A stretch of 64,000 nt of DNA, from assembly GCF_009914755.1 (NCBI RefSeq), contig NC_060942.1. One strand, given 5' to 3'. Shown here one piece after another: positions 58,480 to 64,000 of the stretch (position 1 is its first letter; each line of letters starts with the position of its first letter). A program made the position numbers and the translations under genes. Source of the stretch: the human T2T-CHM13v2.0 reference genome, Homo sapiens. Below the pieces are notes generated by a model, which saw nothing but the letters and a program-made list of their open reading frames with translations, did not search any database and was not told where the DNA came from.

Positions 58480-59200
58480 TTGTTCATCAGCAAATAGTGC
58501 TTGGGTGCCTAGGACATGCTAGGCTTCGTGAAAGATGCTGCCTCTGCCTCCAGGCTACATGGAGGAATGAAAAAGCAGACAGACAGTTCAGTACAGGGGA
58601 AGTATGAATTATGAAACCAGCCCTGTGTGTGAGCTCACAGGATGTGCACTCAACGTACCATAGAAGGAATCAAAGAGGCTATCCTGGAGGAAGTAACTAT
58701 TCTTCCTGAAGGGCCAAGAGACATCAGGCAGGCAGAACAAAGAGAATAGTGCATGCAGAGGCATCGCAGTCACAGAGAGCCTGGCATGCCCTGGGAAGGG
58801 GTGGTTAATCAACACAGGGGAATGGCAAACTACAAAGCTGGAAAAGTATTCTAGACGGCTGGAATACCAAGTTCAGTCTCTCCATTTTTGTTTTGGGTAT
58901 AAACAAAAACCAAAACAGGGCTCTGGTTTATTTTTACAACAGTATTAGCCTGAAAAGGGGATTAATTCCAACGTATATTAGTGAGGTTGGTTTGGACATC
59001 ACTCCTTCCAGGAAGCCTTCTCTGATCAGGTCTCACCTAAGACAAGGTAAGAAGTCCATTCTCCACCCCAACACCCAACAGCTCTCAATCATAAAACTGA
59101 GCACGCAGCAGTAAGATTGCCCAGTTGCTTGTCTATGGCCCCCACTAGATTGTGGGCTCCTTGTTCATCACAGTATTCCAGCCTGGTACAGAGCAGGCAG
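58480..59200. mobile_element. L2 fragments on both strands
   Basis: aaagaggctatcctggaggaag (minus) and catcactccttccaggaagccttctctg (plus). Confidence 0.55.
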
Positions 59201-59354
59201 TTAGGCACTGTCAGACACCACTCAGACCTTCATTACCAGGAGACAGAATTATTTCCCCTGGCTCCTTAGGAAACACTTCCCAGTCTCCAGCCCTCAAGGC
59301 AAGGTCTGCCGCTCAAGTTTAAATTTCTGTTAAAATATTTTTTAAAAGACATTT

Positions 59355-59674
59355 ATTTTTATTTTTCTTTTTTTTTTTTTTTTTTTTTTTTTTGAGACGG
59401 AGTCTTCCTTTATCACCCAGGCTGGAGTGCAGTGAGTGATCTTGGCTCACTGCAACCTCTGCCTCCCAGGCTCAAGCAATCCTCCTGCCTCAGCCTCCCA
59501 AGTAGCTGGGATTACAAGCACTTGCCACCACGCCTGGCTAATTTTTGAATTTTTAGTAGAGACGACGTTTCACCATGTTGGCCAGACTGGTCTTGAACTC
59601 CTGACCTCAGGTGATCCACCCACCTTGGCCTCCCAAAGTGCTGAGATTACAGGTGTGAGCCATAGCACCCAGAC
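59355..59674 (-). mobile_element. AluS
   Basis: Long T run and reverse Alu; TSD aaaagacattt. Confidence 0.93.
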
Positions 59675-60832
59675 TAAAAGACATTTCTTTCTTTCCAAAT
59701 ATAAAAGAGCATATCCTTTTGAAGCAGTCTGATTTGTCAGAATTATCTGGAAAGCTCCCCACTGTGGTGAGCCAGCCAGCACCTGCCATTCTGTGACTAT
59801 GTCCCCCAGGCCTGGATCCCCCAACACACAGCCACAATCTGAAACAGCACCACTGCCACTGCCTCGTTCAACAATCAACACTTTAGAGCAGAAGCATCTT
59901 CAGAGCCCACATTATAAGCTCCAAGAGAACAGGAAGATCTCATTCACTTATACATCCCCCACTGTGTCTGATACAGTGGCTCAGCCAGAAAAAAACCACT
60001 TGGTAATTATTTATTAACTAAAGGAGTCATAGAGCTCTGTTTGTTGCAGGATGCCTGCAATTTCTGCACTCTGAAGTGTTAGTTATTTCTACAGAAGAAA
60101 TCAGCCAGGCACACCCCTGCCAAAAGCAACACACCAATTGTTTGTTACATTAGAATTCCTTTCCTTTCATCCTTCCATCCCTCAATTTTCTAAACTTCTT
60201 GGAACATTTTAAGAATAATCTGCTTTCCTATTTGCTTGATTTAGAGCTATAATGAGGTAGTAAGGAACTGGGGTGGTTGGTAACTGTTGCTGCCTGTTAC
60301 AGGCATCTATGCACAATGCTGTTTTAGTTAAACAAATGAGCTCAGATGTGCTGGCAGCAGGCAACTAACAAACCATCATTTGCAGTAAATAAAAGTAAAA
60401 TGGTACTGTAAAAATATGCCAGTGTTTCCAAGAATATTACAATTAGAAACCAAATGTTGTTTCTGAAGGCAGATTTGGGCAGTAAAAACACACAAAAGGG
60501 GGCAAAAAGGCAGTGTCAAATATTCATACTAATTCAGACTAAATAAGTATCACACAGTATACTTCAAGTTTAATGCATACATAAATTCCATACCTCCAGG
60601 TCAATTTGAAAACTGTCAATAGTGGGAAATTAGGGATAAATACTTAAAACTAGTAATCTCTTAGTCAAAGTAGCTAAACAAACTAAACTCTCAACAACCA
60701 TACTGATCCAATGACCAGGTGTGACTCTCCCTGAAGCAATCCATATATTAGAAGCCTTCTTCTCAGAGGATGGCCACACTATCACTTTGGCAGCAACATA
60801 AACAGATGGGAGTCACAAAACTGGAATCTCAG

Positions 60833-60976
60833 TTTTATTTTGTTTTTTACTGATACATAATAATTGTAAATATTTGTGGGATACATGTGGTATTTTGATA
60901 CATGTACACACTGTGAAAGATCAAATCAGGGTAATTGGGGCATCCTCATCTCAAACATCTGTCATTTCTTTGTGTC
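60833..60976 (-). mobile_element. Short L1MA 3' terminus
   Basis: actgatacataataattgta...gatcaaatcagggtaattgggg...catttctttgtg; tcagtttt on both sides. Confidence 0.7.
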
Positions 60977-61051
60977 AGTTTTGCTGGTGACATCACAATA
61001 AACAATTACTAAGGGATTGGAGAACTATGCCCAAGAATCAATCAATCAACC

Positions 61052-61092
61052 TTTCTCTCTCTCTCTCTCTCACACACACGCACACACACACA
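61052..61092. repeat. (CT)n(CA)n compound microsatellite
   Basis: ctctctctctctctctcacacacacgcacacacacaca. Confidence 0.9.
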
Positions 61093-61128
61093 AAATCTGA
61101 AACACGGTTAAGAAACTTCATTGGGCTA

Positions 61129-61486
<358 letters not shown>

Positions 61487-62269
61487 ATGTTCACAACTAT
61501 AGAGGAAGCTCTTAAACATTACCATTGCCACTTCTGGGCCATATTCTGTTTGCTTCCTTGGATTTCATGAAGAGAATCTCCCTAGGGAGACAACTGTCAT
61601 CAACCTCAACCTCACACCCTCTACATGAAGTGTAGGTTGCAGAGAAGACTGGTAAGGTAAATCAGAGCAAAAGAATGGAGTATCCTTATGTCATGCTAAG
61701 GAGTTTGGATTCCATCCTACATCTAATGGGGAGTCATTAAGCACAAAATAAAACACAAACATTAACAAAACTCTTAGAGCAGCAGCAAGATGGTCAGGGC
61801 ATATAATGGTTAAATATCTGACCCTGGCTACAACCATCCTGAGATTTTTAGGGGGGAAGAAAAAGATAATGAGAACGACAGCAATAATCAGGTCTCCACT
61901 AGAGTATATGATAAAGTCTAACCATGTGCTCACAACAATCCCTATATAATTAACCACTGCTGCCAAGTGTCTGGCTAGCAGATTTTGATGAACCACTAAC
62001 TGTTACTAAATCACAACACAATCAGGTACATAATCTTTAAAAATTCTTGTTTAATTCCACTAAAATTATAGACCAAATTAAAATACTAGGAAGGATTTCC
62101 AACAGCAAGAATATGGAACGTCTCTGCACCCACTGGATTCATAGGCGGATCATGTTTAAAACATATACACCAAGTGCACTCTACCTCTCAGTTTAACCAC
62201 TGCCATCAATTAGCAAAACTCCTGCACACTGCTCACATAGATTTCCAATCTTGTGCTTGTTACTGAAAA

Positions 62270-62495
62270 GCAGATATGCCCCTGGTATAATGGAAAGCGA
62301 TCGATTTTTGAAGCTGCATATTTAAGTTCCAACTTCTTCATTAACTACTGGTATGACCTAGCCAAATTACTTAATTTGAGAATCGCAGTTCTCATCTGTA
62401 AAATGGAGGTAAAAATGCCACCAACTCATAGGACAGCTATGAAGATGATATGGCAATGTGTGGAAAGTGCCCAGCACACAGCTCAATAAATATGA
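62270..62495 (+). mobile_element. MIR
   Basis: cagttctcatctgtaaaatggagg...aaagtgcccagcaca...ctcaataaat. Confidence 0.75.
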
Positions 62496-63007
62496 GTTCC
62501 CTAACTCCCCAAAACCAACAAGAAAACCCATAAGTATTGAACTGTCAAATATTTATTTATTTATCCCTTAATACACACTTAAATTACTAATTTATCAGCC
62601 TTCCCTTATCTTCCCCTGCACTGAGCAGGAGGGGAGTATAAAACATCATTTAGTAATTTTGAAGTGGTTATACGTTTTGAAATAGTACCAAAGCAGCTCT
62701 ATTAAACAACTGTAAGTGATCTGCTTTGATTTTATTTACATTAATGTTTCATTACAATAGAAGTATAAACCTAGTAGATGACAAAGAAAATCAACATCCT
62801 TGTTCACACCTAGGACATCTCTCAGTATTAAGCAACTTACATTTGTATGATGTTTTATAGTTTACAAGGTGGTTTTGAATATATGATTTCATTTGATACA
62901 GCCATCTTGTGAAAAAGGAATAGCAGGTAGTATTTCTATTATAGATGAGATATTCACACTGATAAAGAAAATACTAAGTGGCAGAACAAAGACTTTTTTA
63001 AGTCTAG

Positions 63008-64000
<993 letters not shown>

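Overview
AT-rich, repeat-dense primate (almost certainly human) genomic DNA from inside DYM (dymeclin), which is transcribed on the minus strand. Four short coding exons with canonical AG/GT boundaries lie at 51035-51087, 39108-39201, 38010-38143 and 22604-22676 (exons 3-6 by my recollection of canonical numbering). They splice into one open frame: [118 protein letters not shown]. The ORF track misses all four, and its ORFs appear to be Alu, L1 or chance frames. The rest is intron: about 38 Alu/FLAM copies (mostly antisense to DYM), old L1/L2/MIR fragments, solo LTRs (MLT1, MER41A, MLT2A, MST, LTR16-like), Tigger/Charlie DNA transposon relics and microsatellites. I found no convincing wholly new biological system. 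The best leads are: alternating exon phases that make several possible circRNAs stop-free; an extended miR-9 site in exon 4; candidate cryptic or poison exons; a CpG-retaining patch in intron 5; a complex triplication with a GATA expansion and fold-back inside an L1; and a perfect 73-bp tandem duplication. Repeat subfamily names come from remembered consensus sequences, and repeat boundaries are approximate.
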